In this document: in pieces, positions 41,215 to 56,682 of the stretch
Layout: every line of letters begins with the position of its first letter
Numbering within the stretch: the stretch's first letter is position 1
Source of the DNA: Octopus vulgaris
Lineage: Eukaryota
Length of the DNA: 64,000 nt
Reading direction: 5' to 3'
Assembly (NCBI GenBank): GCA_951406725.2
Contig: OX597832.1
Span: 19,716,001-19,780,000 of the forward strand
Program-made: the position numbers and the translations under genes
Notes under the pieces: model-generated
What the model was told of the DNA's origin: nothing
Databases searched by the model: none
What the model saw: only the letters and a program-made list of their open reading frames with translations

Positions 41215-41723
41215 CCGTGAACCCTCGAGTATAATCCGCATTTTTTCCCAAAATTTAAAGGTCAAAATCCCTGGTGCGTACTATATACGAGGTTAAAAAT
41301 GAAAATTATTTTCTTAGCAATGTCCGAGTCTCTATTTGCTGTCCGGCAATGTTTATTCAGACGCATTTTGTGATGCCGGGCGCGAAAATACCTTAAGCTA
41401 AGCCTGAAAGCAATGAAGTCATAAAAGAATCATCCATAACTGGCAGTAAGCAACATTTATTAAATGTTATTACTGTTATTTCTTTATTTTCTGCAACTAA
41501 AATGCACAAAAAAGTTACACGTTTGCGTTATGTTATATATACAATAATAGTAAACGACGTTACCGTATACATTTTTACAAACCAAGGACGTTATATAGAC
41601 CTCCTTGACTCAAGTTAGAGAAGGGGTACCTATACCCAAGGTTTAGGGTTTTCAGAGGTACACCCCACCTAAAAATCTCCTGCGTATTATACTCAAGGGC
41701 GGACTATACTCGAGGATTTACGG
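41215..41723. mobile_element. Tc2/pogo-like MITE
   Basis: CCGTGAACCCTCGAGTATA ... TATACTCGAGGATTTACGG, TA flanks. Confidence 0.85.
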
Positions 41724-42228
41724 TATATTAAAAATTAGCAACGGTGTTAGTTCTCTCGTATATATTTCACTTCATCCTGTAATGTTGCCTGGTGCATTTT
41801 CATTCCTTAGTACATCAATACGCTTTATTGCTGGTATCTAACTCTTTGACAATTCACATACTCGTCTCACAAGTTTGTTTTCTTCATTGTCTTTCGGTTG
41901 TGCAAGGATCTTGACCATCCCCTTGTGATCAAAACTGGACTGACGCATTTCAATAGAATAAAGAAACGGTTGACAACGAGCAGATGACGGCGTCGATAGT
42001 TCGTATTGAATCACTGTGTTAGTTTGATATCGTACCTATGTTTGACGTAGTACGGAGCACATTCTGTGTGAACATATTAATTCTCTGAAATTCTATTCTA
42101 GATAACCCTATCCAAATATTTATTTGGGTAATACTATTCCCACACCAGATCTGTACATCTTAACGTCGTCATAACATTACCGGCGATGAGATATTCAAAC
42201 CCGAAGACATAACACTTTTATTTTCCTA

Positions 42229-42612
42229 CTAGCAGTATCGCCCGGCGTTGCTCGGATTTGTTTCGACCCTTTAGAATTGGAATTTTCGAAAAGTAAAAAT
42301 TCTGCATTACGTAGTTTGTTATTCTCTTTAAGTGAACATTTTTCTGGTTGAAATACACCGAAAAATGGCGACACAGCAGTAAAAAAAATCGTAAAAAATA
42401 GGGATTTTCATACGAAAAAAGCACCTTTTTGATGTAAATAATTTTTGGTGTTAACATGGTCAGATTTGAATTTTATCTCCTACAGAATCAAGAGCAAGCC
42501 TTCTTCTATCAGACCTTCAATTTCGGTCAACTTGTGCCGCAGGGCCTCGGAGGAGGTAGTGTTAGTTAAAGGCTACCAAACCTGCCACATACAGATAATT
42601 TATATATAGAGA
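42229..42612 (-). mobile_element. Non-autonomous Helitron
   Basis: Reverse-complement homolog of 57147-57532 with TC...CTAG ends. Confidence 0.8.
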
Positions 42613-43268
42613 TTTATCGCCTCTGCCCAACTACAATGTACTATTTTCTTTCTGATGGTATTGCTTTTACTCTATATATATTTCCTATTCTATTCTGTAT
42701 TCATTATTCCCAGTCTATCATTTCTGTATATTCCCCCTGTTATAATCGAGGTTCCAATAATCCGAGCACGTGCCATCTGCGTTTATTCCATTTAATTCAT
42801 AAATTTATGAATAACTTCTCAAATGTGCAATATTCCAACACAATTTCTGCAGTCACTTTCTGGTTGTTCTTGTCAAACTTATGCATCTGAAGCTTGTCCG
42901 TGATTCTATTTCTTATAAAACATTGAATATAATTTTTACGTTCAAGATTAGAAGAAATTTTGGATATGTTCGGTTACATGAATAAATTTCTCGCCAAAAG
43001 TTTCGAATCGAGTTGAGATACAATGCTCAGTTGGACATTAATCTAAACGACAAACATTGCACTATGTGGCGATTAACAAGTATTTTTAAAATAAGGACCT
43101 TTATAATTCTGTTGTAGGGATTAAAAAAACCCCAATTCAAACGAATAGAAAAAAAAAAACATCCATACACACAAATAAGCATGGGCGGCCACGCACACAC
43201 TCAGATACACACAAACATATACACACGTATAATATGCATCTAGCTATCTATCTACTTATCTATCTCAG

Positions 43269-43300
<32 letters not shown>

Positions 43301-43450
43301 AATATGTGTGTATAATATATGCATGACTGTATATAAGTATATGTATATACATTTATATATATGTGTTTGTGTGTGTATGTATGTATCTATATATGTATGT
43401 ATTATGTATATATATATATATATACATATATGTATATATACATACATATA

Positions 43451-43500
<50 letters not shown>

Positions 43501-44113
43501 GAAACACACACACACACGTACAGGTATATATATGTATATATATACATTTAATCATTTTTTATATCCAGCTTGATTGTTCTAAATTTCTAAATACTCATTC
43601 ATGTGTATAAACAATCCGCCATAGGCATACCTATTAGGGCGTATCATTTGTCCCATTCTCTCATCCTCTCGTTATCCCTCTTTTTCTCTCCAACACCACA
43701 ATGTGTATTTTACGCGTATATTTGTGTGTATATATATATATATGTGTGTATATTAAGTTACGTATGTGCGTGCTTGTGGTTGTGAAGGTGTGTGGTTATT
43801 TTTTTCTTTTACATTTTTTCTTATATTTGCTTTGGCCGAGTTTTTTTTATTTAAGCTATTCTTTGTTGCTAATTTGTGCTCGACCTTCAGGTGTTTGCTA
43901 ATTAATTCCAGCGCTGTGAACGTTACCACGTGATCATTTTTTTTATATATTTCTTTTGAGGTGTATTTTGCTGACAATAAAATCGATAACTCTAGAGATA
44001 TCATATAACCTAAAATTGACCTTACACTTAGTATATCATAAAATGCATTAAGCGAAAAGTTGCCATGTCTATGAATATATGTGTGTGTGCGTATGTGTGT
44101 GTGTATAAATTGG

Positions 44114-44192
<79 letters not shown>

Positions 44193-44341
44193 TGACAAAA
44201 ATGTATGGAGGAGAATTTCGATTATCTCCAAGTAGTGAGTGGTAAGGCAAAATATATATATATAAAATAAAAGAAGGAAAATGCACACAGCTTACATAGT
44301 TTTAATATATGTTTTTGAAATAAGTGAAAGAGTATTGTGTT

Positions 44342-44374
44342 TGTCGACCGGTTTCGCTGTCGCTGATCATGACA
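44342..44374 (-). ncRNA. Degenerate hammerhead relic (CTG of core deleted)
   Basis: Minus strand: tgtc-ATGA-tcagcgacagc-GAAA-ccg-GTC-gaca; stem I tgtc/gaca. Confidence 0.5.
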
Positions 44375-44521
44375 TTGATATTATTGTAATTTCGTATATT
44401 CTTAAGATTTTAGACCATGTGTGTAGAGAAGTTTGTGAATGAATGATTTAACAAATAGAAAAATCTATGGGGAGGTAATTAATGATCGTTATTATTGGGG
44501 ATATGCGAGGGAATGCACACT

Positions 44522-44574
<53 letters not shown>

Positions 44575-44617
44575 TATATATATATACATATACAAATGCA
44601 TTCATATATTTACGAAT

Positions 44618-44677
<60 letters not shown>

Positions 44678-46564
44678 TATATATATATATTCCTACTCAT
44701 TTACTCATTCTTACTACATCATATCTTTTAAGTAAGTAATTAAAATAAGGTGCAATCAACGAAAGGTTCTAGAATCAAACGCTTGACTTTATTAATCACT
44801 GTCGTTGTTATTATCGTTGTTTTTGTTGTTGTTCTTGTTGCTATTTTTGTTAAAGAGAGGGACAGACTTGATTGCACAATCGTATGTTCAACTGTATACT
44901 AATTTCAAGAGGGGTAGTCGCGAATTTTTATGTTAGATAGGGCATTATCCAGTATGGAATTTTGTTATTTAAGACATGATGCGAAGATTTGCGGAAGTTT
45001 GACTGTCATTTCATGCTAGTTAAGCAGTGAACTTGGGGCTTTACCTCAATAGATGAAAAGTTCATATCAAGCCGTGCAAATGATGCAGGTACCTTCACGG
45101 TTTGTGTCACTGAGTTTCATTTATTCTACATATTTGCAATTTCTGGCCGGTCATAAAAAATGGTGGAAGCCAGTTGTTGCCTATAACACAATATACGTAG
45201 TTTTACGCATTTTGCAGGTGAATCATTAATTCTTAAAGTTAGATTACTTTTTTCATTATAATCGTCTATTCTTGCAACAGTTTGATTGCTTTCTCGAGAC
45301 CATCTTCCTACGCCAGAGTTAAAATTGTTTAACAGGCTCACAATTTCAAATTAAATAATAAAATAGATAAGCACATAATTAATTAATTAATTAAATAAAT
45401 GAATAACGCATATAGATGTTGATTTTCTTTTATATATAAATATGTGTGTGTGTGTAGTCTAGGTCAGTTTTGTGCAATTATCAGCCGTAGACATACAGCT
45501 TTTTATGCAAACGTAGAAAGCACGGGAATATACAATGCGGGCTTTCCTTTTCTTCTATGAAACAGTATGGTATAATTTGAGAGTGTCTTGGCTAAAATTT
45601 CTATCAGACTACGGGACTGTGAAGTAGCCCCTTTTTTGGGGGCAAGGGTTGAAAATAAACATTTATCTATTACTGCTTTTTTCTTATTAATATTGTTGTT
45701 ATTTAACCCCCAGTTGTGATAACATACCTGGTTTACTCACATAGAATATAGTATAGCTACTATTTCTAGCCTAATGATTTAAAAAAAAATTCTAAATAAG
45801 TCATTTGCGGAAAAGAAACACAAAAGCGGTATAAATTTTCTGAGAGTCAGCCTATTTGTAAAGAGATTCACCCTACTATTGAAATAATTCACATAAATAC
45901 GTTGATGTATTTCTTAAAAGTATTAGCCGTATTAGTTAAATGAAACTTAACTAATTTAACTAATGAAATAATCTGCGGATTGTGCAGACAAGTTTTAGCT
46001 GTTTCTATTGCTTCAGTTTCAGTGAAGCCAAGACGGTTTTATTGATTTATTTTCTGACAATGAAATATATTCATAGTTTAATTATCAATACGACCCTGAG
46101 AAAGAATAATACAAGCACAACCAATTCACCATTTGACATACAAGAGAGGGTTAGAGAGAGCGAGAGAGAAAAAGAGAGAGAGAGAGATACATAGACAGAG
46201 GTGGAGGGAGAGAGAGAAAGTGAAAACATGGGTAAACTTTTAGTTATAAAATGCTTCAATAAGCAAAACCTACAATGGTATATTTGCAAACTATTTCCCA
46301 CGAAAATTGAACACTTTAGGAGAAGTTAAATGATTTTTCATGACGTTTATGAGTTAGTTAAAAGAAAATTTAACTAAAATACAGCAAAATTGCATTTTTT
46401 ACTCCTCGTTTTACTCATAATTACGTCGTTAATATTATCGTTTCACAAATTATTTTATCCAGATTTGATCTCACTTCGTGGAACTATAGAGGTACGTATG
46501 TGTTCTGTACAGAGTCATTTGGGGAAGTAAACTAAATCCCTCACTCAGTAAACTAAATCCCTCA

Positions 46565-46815
46565 CTGCCTTGTTGATGACATTTGTAGAGCACTCTGCTG
46601 AAATAATAATTGCTAGTTCTCAGTCTGAAGGGAAGATGGTATCTTGATTTATCACAACCTTCTTACTTGTTCTCAAGATATTCTGTGGAGATGTTATGGA
46701 GATATGTTGCGGCTGATCATACTCCTCTGACTATCCGATACAAAAGTCAGCCATTTCTTACCGATGCATCCCTTTCATTATTATTTCATTCTGGTGTACC
46801 CTATAACAATTCCAT
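46565..46815 (-). mobile_element. Possible CR1/L2 LINE 3' relic
   Basis: Minus-strand translation with stops: LLYRIVRG ... FRLRTSNYYFSRV, loosely resembling the CR1 RT C-terminus. Confidence 0.3.
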
Positions 46816-48203
46816 TTTTAAAATATAAATTTATTGATACTTCATTCAAATTCCTATTTTGTCTTCTAACCATTGACTTGTGGCACTCGTCGAGAAAATG
46901 CGTTTCAATGGCTGGAAATAAGCTGAATTATGTTAAGGGTTAGAGAACAAAAACCTAGCTGATTCTAACGATATATACACCTAAGGCGAAGTTTTTTTTT
47001 CATTAAGCTGTTATGTCGTACGTTCGGATACCTTCTACTCAACTAGACTCTCTACTCCACTCTTCGACGTCTAGACTTCTCCCTTTATATCTACGTATTG
47101 GGCTAGCCTACTTCTTCGTCTGGGGGCGTCCATACAACATAAGCCCTAATGTATTACCATGGAGAACCAGTTTACAAACTCTTATTTGGACCTCCAAGAG
47201 TAATGTGGACCTCGGTTGAGAACCACTGTACTGGGTGGAAGATTTACCGCTCAGATACCTGGGCCAATATGCATTAATGTTTAAATATACTATTCAAGGA
47301 AACTTTTCTAAAACAATTATTTTTCACACAAGACGACAGCCATCTTTACGTAAACGATCTCCCGTTGGCCGGGAGCCTAAAAATTTACTTTCCATGGTAT
47401 TTTAGATAAATTGCACGAAGTAACATTAAATGATAAAACGGTAGATGTTTAAAGCAGATATTTAGAGTAAATTTGCTTTCTTTCAAAGTCAGACATTTTA
47501 ATGACTGTAATAAAATGATATAGCATATAGCAAATGTTCCAAACTGTTAAATACGTACATCTGACGCTTTTCTTCCCCTTTCTCTCCCTCTACCTCACCT
47601 TTTCTTTCTCCACCTCCTCCTTGCTCTCTCTATCTCTTATTACTTTTCAGAGTTGAAACAAATATGCGTGTATGTATATACGTATATATGTATTTATCTA
47701 TACATGCATGCGTACATATGTATAGAACAATCACACAGAAACAAGAATATATTATGTATATTCATATTACTACATGTTGGCTACAACAAACTCGTATACA
47801 CACGCATGCACGCACACATATACACATACACATATACACATACGCAAACACATTTCAATAGAGACTTGCTTTTCAGAAATAAGATAAAAAATTACAGGCC
47901 ATTACAATATGTGTATGAACACATTTCTCTATTGCTCCATCTATAATTCTTAGTATGTGTGTATGTGTGTATGTGGGTGTCTGCATGTGTGTCTGTGAGC
48001 GTGTGTGTGTTTGTGTGAGTGTATGTATATATATATATGTGAGTGTGGGTACGTATATATTTATAAATACGTATGTTGGTATGTAATATATATGTATACA
48101 CAAAAGCATACACATTCGCACATGCATGCATACATATGTATGTATATATGTGTGTGTGTGTGTGTGTGCGTTCTGTGTATCTATATGTATGTCTATATAA
48201 ATG

Positions 48204-48244
<41 letters not shown>

Positions 48245-48624
48245 ATATAAATATAAATATATATTTGTATGTATATATATATATATATATACATACATGA
48301 AACCGATTTGCATATTTCTTTAGTTTACCAGTGTTTCGTTGCCTTTCTCGCAACAGTGAATGAAAGAGCCAGCATGTGTGTGACGGCGGCAAAACACTGT
48401 AAGAGCAAAGCAGACTGGTAAAAACACTGATGCGTAACGAGGAACCACTCTTCTCACGCCAATGATTCACCGTTCGCTACTTAAACAGGATGTTAAAATT
48501 AGCCAACTTTCATTGCTACGCTTCGATGACTTCAATTTTTTTATTATTATTTTTTATTATTATTTTTATTATTATTTATATATTTATGTTTTTTTACTTC
48601 ACTTGATGATTTTTTAAAATTCTT

Positions 48625-48714
<90 letters not shown>

Positions 48715-48901
48715 ATATATATATATCATGTATGTATACATTTATATGCATTGGTTTTTATTATTTCATTTATTTATTTTTTTGTAACCTAAATCATTAT
48801 CTTCCATCCGTGGCATCCCATCTTCATTCGTTTGTTCTTTCTATCTCGTGTACATATGCAAGGGTGTATGTGTGTCTGTGGGTATATATATATATATATA
48901 T

Positions 48902-49006
<105 letters not shown>

Positions 49007-49187
49007 AAATATATATATGTATGTATGTATGCTTGCCTCTTCGCTCATATCATTTGTGTGTTTTCTTATTTTTAATTATCTTTTCTTTAATATTTTATTT
49101 CGTGCATTTTTTTTCTTTCATTTCGGTTTCTTTTACATTTTTTTTTACCTTTATTTCGCTATGCTAACTTTTCTCGTGGCTTCGCAT

Positions 49188-49247
<60 letters not shown>

Positions 49248-49333
49248 CTTATATAGATATGTTTATATCTATATGTATATATATATATCTATATTTATAT
49301 ATGCACATCTATATATATATGCATATATAAACG

Positions 49334-49393
<60 letters not shown>

Positions 49394-50066
49394 GATACAC
49401 ACATACACACATGCAGACATGCACAAACACACACACATATATAGATAGATACATATACACTTATAATACACTTCATGGTATAGCCATTTCAAGTTTGTCT
49501 TCTCTTTCTCTGTCTGTCTGTATCTCTCTCTCTCACTCTCTCTCTCTCGCTCTCTATCCCTCTCTTTCTATTTCCTTGTCTCTCTCTCTCCTCTTCGCTT
49601 TCCCTCTCACCCGCTTTCTCTCATGATGCTCTCTATCTTTGTTTGTCTATCTGCATATGATTGGTCCCCTCGCTATATATATATATATGGCCGTCTGTCC
49701 TTTTGTTCCCGTGATTGCTCATGTGAATACTGGTCTGTCTAAAACAGTTACATCGCAATTGTCATTATATATTTCATGTTTTTTTTTTATTCATATGTCT
49801 CGCATCTGTTTGTATTTATTAGTTAATTAGATGAAAATATTTCCCCACAAAATAATCATTGTTTTTTTTGTGTTTACTTTTCTTTTACTTCCAGTGCAAG
49901 TGTTTATTTACCTCTTTTGTTTTTCTTTTACATACTTTTTCTTCATTTTCAGGTCCAATAAATTCCATCTTGTGCACAATTCTTCAGATGTATACAAACG
50001 ATGTTTAAATACATACTATGGCCACGTTAAGCTCGTTTTCATTTCATATATGCAAATTACCTGAGT

Positions 50067-50117
<51 letters not shown>

Positions 50118-50130
50118 ACACATATATATT

Positions 50131-50265
50131 TCTTTACTACCCACAAGTGGCTAAACATAGAGGGGACAAACAAGGACAGACCCCAATGCGAAACTGGTAC
50201 TTTATTTATCGACCCCGATAGGAGGAAAGGCAAAGTCGGCCTCGGCGGAATTTGAACTCAGAACA
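50131..50265 (-). mobile_element. SINE family D fragment
   Basis: tttatcgaccccga..aaaggcaaagtcggcctcggcggaatttgaactcagaac. Confidence 0.75.
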
Positions 50266-52785
50266 TACCGCTAGCTTGCCGCCGTACACACACACATACA
50301 CACACATATACCCTCACACACACATATATATACACACACACGCACGTACACATATAGACACACACACACACAAACACACATATGTTCTACGCTTTTTTGT
50401 AGGTGTTTTAAGTGCTATACTTGCTGAAGGCAATTTCTGTGCTGATGACGCTTATTGCTACAGAAACATCAGGAACTCATGTCTACAGTTGTCATCGTGT
50501 TTTCAGACAGACAAACTGTCTTCTTCAAGCCTGTCAACTTTCAAGAATTCCTGAATCTCATGATTATCTATCATTCTCGCATGTTCTTAATTTCAATTGC
50601 CGCACATCTGTTTGTCTTCCCTTTCTGGGAGGGAAGGTATGTTCCTTAAATCAAATATCTGTCTTGCAAATTATTTAATATTAACTATCGGTTTGTCTTT
50701 TTTGTTAAAATACCTGCCACTGTTCACCGAATTCAGAGTGCAAATTTATTTTCTTGTATAAATACAGAAACAAATGCATACATACACATATAGTAGTATT
50801 CCTCAGTTCACCTCACATTTAGGATTTTTTGTCAGGTGCTCGCCTTGAGAGAACAATGAAGAGTACCAAACGTTTTGTCTTATTTTTCCGCTTTATTAAT
50901 TCTGAATACTGAAATTGTGAAACATCAACTTTAAACGATGAAGTAGATTCAACTGCATAAGTTGAAAACTTATTGTTTCCTTTGTACATCAAAACACATC
51001 AAGATTTATAATTGCACAATATGCACAGAGAAAATATTGTAAATTAAAAAGTGTCATTAAATTCTATAGCCAATTCTCATTCGTATATTTTATTATAGAT
51101 TTTAATTTTTTAAGCATGTAATTAAAAAATAGAAAAAGAAAATCAACTGATATTTCGATTGAAGCTACACTGCACACCATTAACATCTGCCAACACTTGT
51201 GGAGTGATATATTGTTTCTTAATTGTCATTACGGAATACGATTTGCATGAAAAAATTCCTTCTGAAGATGATATGAAAATTGCTAACAATCTTCAGAACA
51301 TTATTATCTTCATGCTACATCTCGCAGGCAATGTGAAGTGAAAACCACATTGGGTTTACAAAGAGGGTGGGAAAAAGGTGTCGTAGTATTATTCATTAGC
51401 GAACATATGCTGTTAAATCTTTATTTTGGTATGTGTTTTGCAGAGAGAAATTCGTTGATTTACAACCATTTGCAGTAAACGCTTGATGGAGGAGCATTCA
51501 TAAATTTAAAATCACCTGGTTCCTACAAATAACCTGCAGTTCTACTACACCAATCTTAAGGCACATGAACATTAAGATGAACATTGGGAAAAAAATCTAT
51601 TAATATAAAGCTAAGGAATGTGCAACTGCCAAGCGAAGGCTCATTAGCTCAACAGAGCTGGTTTTCATTTATCTTTCGTATACAAAAACTTACATATCTT
51701 TAATTTGATTTCGTATATCTGTGTAGAAATGGGAATTGAAGAATATTCTGGTACAAATTTGATGACATATATTGAATCAAAATTTGATAAAACACCATAC
51801 AAATTTTGAATTAGTGAATTTGTTGTTTTTTCTTATGCTGAGGTCTCCAATCAGGATATCACAGTGAAATTTCCACAAATATATTTAATTAGATGCTAAC
51901 TCTGAAAACGCATGAAAAATTGTGTGAGTTAGGGAAATGATAAATACCTTATTTTCGTGTTGTACTACATTATATTAAATTATATTATTCTGTATCGGTT
52001 TGAGATCGGGAATAGCTGAATAGATATGGTACAAAACATGTAGCTGAGAGATTAGGTGTTCAAACGTACCTTGGTTAGGATATACACAGTAGCAAAATAG
52101 AAATAACTCACTGCGTTTGCCAGGAGTAATCTTAGAAATTTAATGAATATTTCGTTAAATTTCACTTCTTTTTAACATTCTCGGCCTGGACCAATGCATG
52201 GGTGAAGGTGTATTCCAATACGCTTCTTTGTTACAAACATTATAAGCTGTAGTCAGGGTCGGCGCTAGGAAGTGAGGGACCCAATCAGAGAATTGTCAGT
52301 GGTGCCATCTGCTCTACAAAAGCTGAAAGTCGATGTTTTATGCATCGTGTTGTACACCAATCGCAGCCAAAAAGCGTTGTGGGCTTGACGTTCTACCATT
52401 AGCGACAATGACATACTACAAATTCATCATAGGTTTCTCCATTCGGGTGTGTGCTCGAAGCCCTCTCTTAGTTCGAGTCGAATTAGAATAAACCTATCTA
52501 ATTGACATGAAACAAGCCCTGGTTATACTTTCGTACCAAGTCTAGTCTGGAAGAAAATTAAAACGTGACAACTCATTGTTTTCATATTGGTAGTTTATCA
52601 AAGAAATATTATTAAAATATCCTATGTTTTATAAGTGCATGATTTTCATCGTGATGTGTTTCATATTTCAAGCGAGTCGAAACTCTCCCTCAATGAATCT
52701 ACAATGAAACATAATGTTGCCCTAGTATCTGCTTTGTTAAAATCTAGAAAGTGGTTATTGTATCTAATTTCTCGTTATAGTATTA

Positions 52786-53046
52786 AAATAATAACAAATG
52801 CGCCTTTTTAAAGCCTAACCAGGTTCATGGGCCCGGTTTCCCGGTTTCTATGGCGTATGTGTTCCCCAGCTGGGCAAGACGCCAATCCATCGCAGCGTTA
52901 CACATTTTTGCCAGCTGAGTGAACTGGAGCAACGTGAAATGAAGTGTTTTGCTCAAGAACACAACACGACATCCGGTCATGGAACGAAGCGACAATCTTA
53001 CGATCATGATGCTGACACCCTAACCACTAAGCCACGCGCCTCCATG
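52786..53046 (-). mobile_element. SINE family B with 12-bp TSD
   Basis: Homolog of 22616-22870; GTTATAGTATTA at 52774-52785 and 53047-53058. Confidence 0.9.
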
Positions 53047-53565
53047 GTTATAGTATTACTTGATTAAATTTATAATTCTCACCTGTATTGTTTCAAAAAC
53101 TAATTTATTAGATTTATTATAAAAGAAAGGTCAACGCCATGAAACTTTCCAGGTGTGTAAAATCAAGAATAAACGGAGCAGGCTATCCTCATATTTCAAA
53201 TATTGTATTAATGCATGCCACAGTGAGGATTCGGTCAATGACACTAAAGAATCAGATGCCGCATTAAAACGAACAATGGATTAAAACTACCACTTGAGCA
53301 CAGATACAGATCACTCCAATACTATGTCATACACATTTCATATACCAGTTTATACGCATAAGGCTTTGATTGAACTGAAATATGGTAAAAGGCATTCTGT
53401 AAAATCTGAGGCCGTGGCTCTGAAACCGAAAACGTATAGTTAGGAAACGAGCAGAGGCGAATATTTTTGTTTTTCAAATTGATGATTATTTTCCTTCAGG
53501 AATATATAAATCTAATGACAATTAGTTTTTCAAATCTGACAACAACAACAACGGCAACAGAACTA

Positions 53566-53671
53566 ATGGTTTTCAATTTTCGCACAAGTTACATCAAGCC
53601 CTGTACTAAACTGGTATTTAGTTTATCGACCCCGAAAGGATGAAATGCAAAGTCGACATCGGCGGAATTTA

Positions 53672-53672
<1 letters not shown>
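53566..53672 (-). mobile_element. SINE family D fragment
   Basis: tttatcgaccccgaaaggatgaaatgcaaagtcgac. Confidence 0.75.
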
Positions 53673-53709
<37 letters not shown>

Positions 53710-54075
53710 TAATAATTTGGAATTTTGACACAAAATCGGTGATGTTAGAACGGGGAAGCTAATCGTTTACATCGACTGTCTTTTTCAAGCTGAAGTAGTA
53801 CGATATACACAGAAATCGCCTGAATCCCTCAGGTTTCCTTTTTCCTTAATATTTATACTAGAGAAACAAGTTCAACACGTTAACTCGCCCGGTCCGAAAT
53901 GGCCACCATACATCACAGGCAAGTTTCTTAACCACTAAGTGAATCTCGTACCAACAAATAATATACTTTTCGTTAACCCTAAAGTAAGTAACAATATATA
54001 GTGCCCTAATATTAGGTACTTTCGTGTGTTTTAGTATAAATCAATTATGATATTTGCCTCGAGTATATGAAATGG

Positions 54076-54533
54076 GGATCTTTTCGGTTTGAACGGCAGT
54101 TTTTAACATAATTTCTATGTAACTAAATAATTTTAAACTTCGTATACTGGTAGAATGTGTTTATAAAACATATTTTTCTCTTGGCTTTATTGAGAAAATT
54201 CTATAGTTTGTAAGATATTTGTTGTTTTTTTTTCTTCAATTTCTGCAATTTCAACCAATCAATGACCGTCTGTTGAGGTGAAAACATTCTACGCCGTATG
54301 AATATGTCCTTCGTTTAAGAAAAAGATTGGGTTTATTTACATTTCTGAAGAAAGAAAGATACCCTTCCACCACCCCTAACCCTAACCCTAACTCTAACAC
54401 TGACTAACCCTAACTCTAACCCTAACCATAAAATAGATTGAAATGCAATAGGTCGATACTAGGGTCATAATTATGGGTGACAATTTCATATGACTCCGCT
54501 AGAAAAAAACTGCCGTTCAAACCGAAAAGATCC
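54076..54533. mobile_element. Merlin-like MITE with internal (CCCTAA)n
   Basis: 29-bp perfect TIR GGATCTTTTCGGTTTGAACGGCAGTTTTT; 8-bp TSD TGAAATGG (54068-54075, 54534-54541). Superfamily inferred from GG ends and 8-bp TSD. Confidence 0.85.
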
Positions 54534-55199
54534 TGAAATGGTACGTCAATGGTACGTCCCCTATCGTAGTAACTCTCTTTCAATCTCTCTTGCCATGCAA
54601 CGCCGTTCGTTTTGCTCTTTCGTTGTGTACAGTAATGAGATGCATTTATTCTAAATCGCTCGACAAAACAGAAACTGAAAGCGAATTATAACAGCGGGTT
54701 AAATACAACACCGAATACGCCATGTAAGAACAAAGGCCCATAAATGCGCACAAAAAAACACAGGTAAATATGTGTTGTATAATAGTGTATATATGTGTGT
54801 GTGTGTACATGTATATGTATGTATGTTTGCGTATATGCTTATGCGTGTGTGGTGGTGTACATACACATAGATACATGAATACCCACATTTATATGTGTGA
54901 GTGTGTGTGTACTGTATATATATATATATATATATATATAACGCGGAGTAGACGAAACAGGGACAACTGAAGAAGGGGAATATTCTTGTTGTATGTCTTG
55001 TACTCTGTTCTTTCGTTGTTTGAAAAAAAAGTTCGTTTCCATGTTTTTGCTTTTATGTTTTCGTTTCTCATCGTGTTCAACGTTTTTTTTTTTTTGGGGG
55101 GGGGGGGTCTTGTACCTTTATATGCATGTATATATACATATAGATGCAGGGATGTACATATATGTATGTATATATGCATATGTTTATATATTATTTATG

Positions 55200-55243
<44 letters not shown>

Positions 55244-55362
55244 GTGTATACATATACGTATATAAATAAGTAAATATGCATTGCTGTATATGTATGCATA
55301 CATACACATGGACACCGACGCTCACACAAAAATATATACAGTGAGTAAATGTGTGCGTGTGG

Positions 55363-55394
<32 letters not shown>

Positions 55395-55594
55395 GAGAGA
55401 GAGAATTTTATCGATAGATATTCATAGAAATCTGTACAGAGAAAGATAAAGAGTGCGCATGTGTAAGTGAACGAGAGAAAAAAAGGGGGGGAGTGATAAT
55501 GACTGAACTCACGTTGCCAGGTTCCGTACATAAATGCAAAAATCTAAGACTATTCTACCAGCTATTTTCACATACATACATACATACATACATG

Positions 55595-55626
<32 letters not shown>

Positions 55627-56419
55627 CGTACATACATATTTGTTTTATGGACACTGGCATAGCTCATGCTCTTCGAAACCCCACCAGTTCCAAAAATATG
55701 TGCGCACGCACGTGATATTTACAGCACAACTTTGAACAGCATTCCCAGGGAGTTTGAATAATAACACAAAAGCGGCAGCCATATTAATAATGTCACCTAA
55801 TTAACCGGTTCTATTAGAGGAAATTGAGAAGAAGAAAAAATTAATTAAATCACACAAATATTTCATATTCTCCCTGAGACAATCTCGAATTCTCTGTCAC
55901 GTAGGTTTCAGTAACGAAGTTAAGCTTCAGGGTTTTGACCTGTAAATTGTAAATGCTTATTTTTAATACATCGTTGTGAGCGAGCGATCAACATTGTACA
56001 AGATATTGTCAGTTATTCTCGAACTGACTATGTCTTCCAGTTTCAAACTTCCGTCGGTGTTGCTGTTGTTATTCTACTTTCCTTGTGTCTCAGTTCTTTC
56101 GGAAAAGATACGAATGCTGCAAGTTCTAATTGACCCACTCGGTGACATTGGGAGAAGTATTGCTTAAAGAGCAAACAAGGGAGAGAACTGCAGATGCAGT
56201 GATGGCGGTGTGGTTAAGAAGTTTATTTGCAATAACCACATGATTTCGGGTTCAGTCCCACTGTGCGGTACCTTAGCGAAGTATCTTCGACTAAAACCAC
56301 GGGCCGAATAATACCTTATGTGAGAACTTGGTAGACTTTAAATGCTTGGAAGCTCATCGTATATATAATTTTTAGACTCGGCCATGCGGGGGCACTGGTC
56401 TCTCGAGTCCAACGGATGC

Positions 56420-56457
<38 letters not shown>

Positions 56458-56473
56458 GCTGCTGCTGCTGTTG

Positions 56474-56527
<54 letters not shown>

Positions 56528-56682
56528 TTCCACCGGTGTAGACTTTACCTTTTATCTTTCGAGGCTGATAAGACAAGTATGTTGCCCCTTCCCCAAAACT
56601 GCTGGCCTCGTGCCAAAATTTGAAAGCAATATTATGCATTGAGAATAGAGCGACAAGCTCTTGGTATTGAGTGGTGTTCGTT

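Noticed and set aside
48330-48540. Unique island with CCAAT, possible promoter
   Set aside because: Motifs too generic and no linked gene.
51262-51290. CTGAAGA-tgatat-GAAA
   Set aside because: No stem I or stem III pairing; chance match.
54374-54427. Telomere or chromosome-fusion scar
   Set aside because: Short, degenerate and enclosed within a TIR/TSD-bounded transposon.
56029-56167. Short ORF with signal-peptide-like start (MSSSFKLPSVLLLLFYFPC)
   Set aside because: About 45 codons with no splice or homology evidence.
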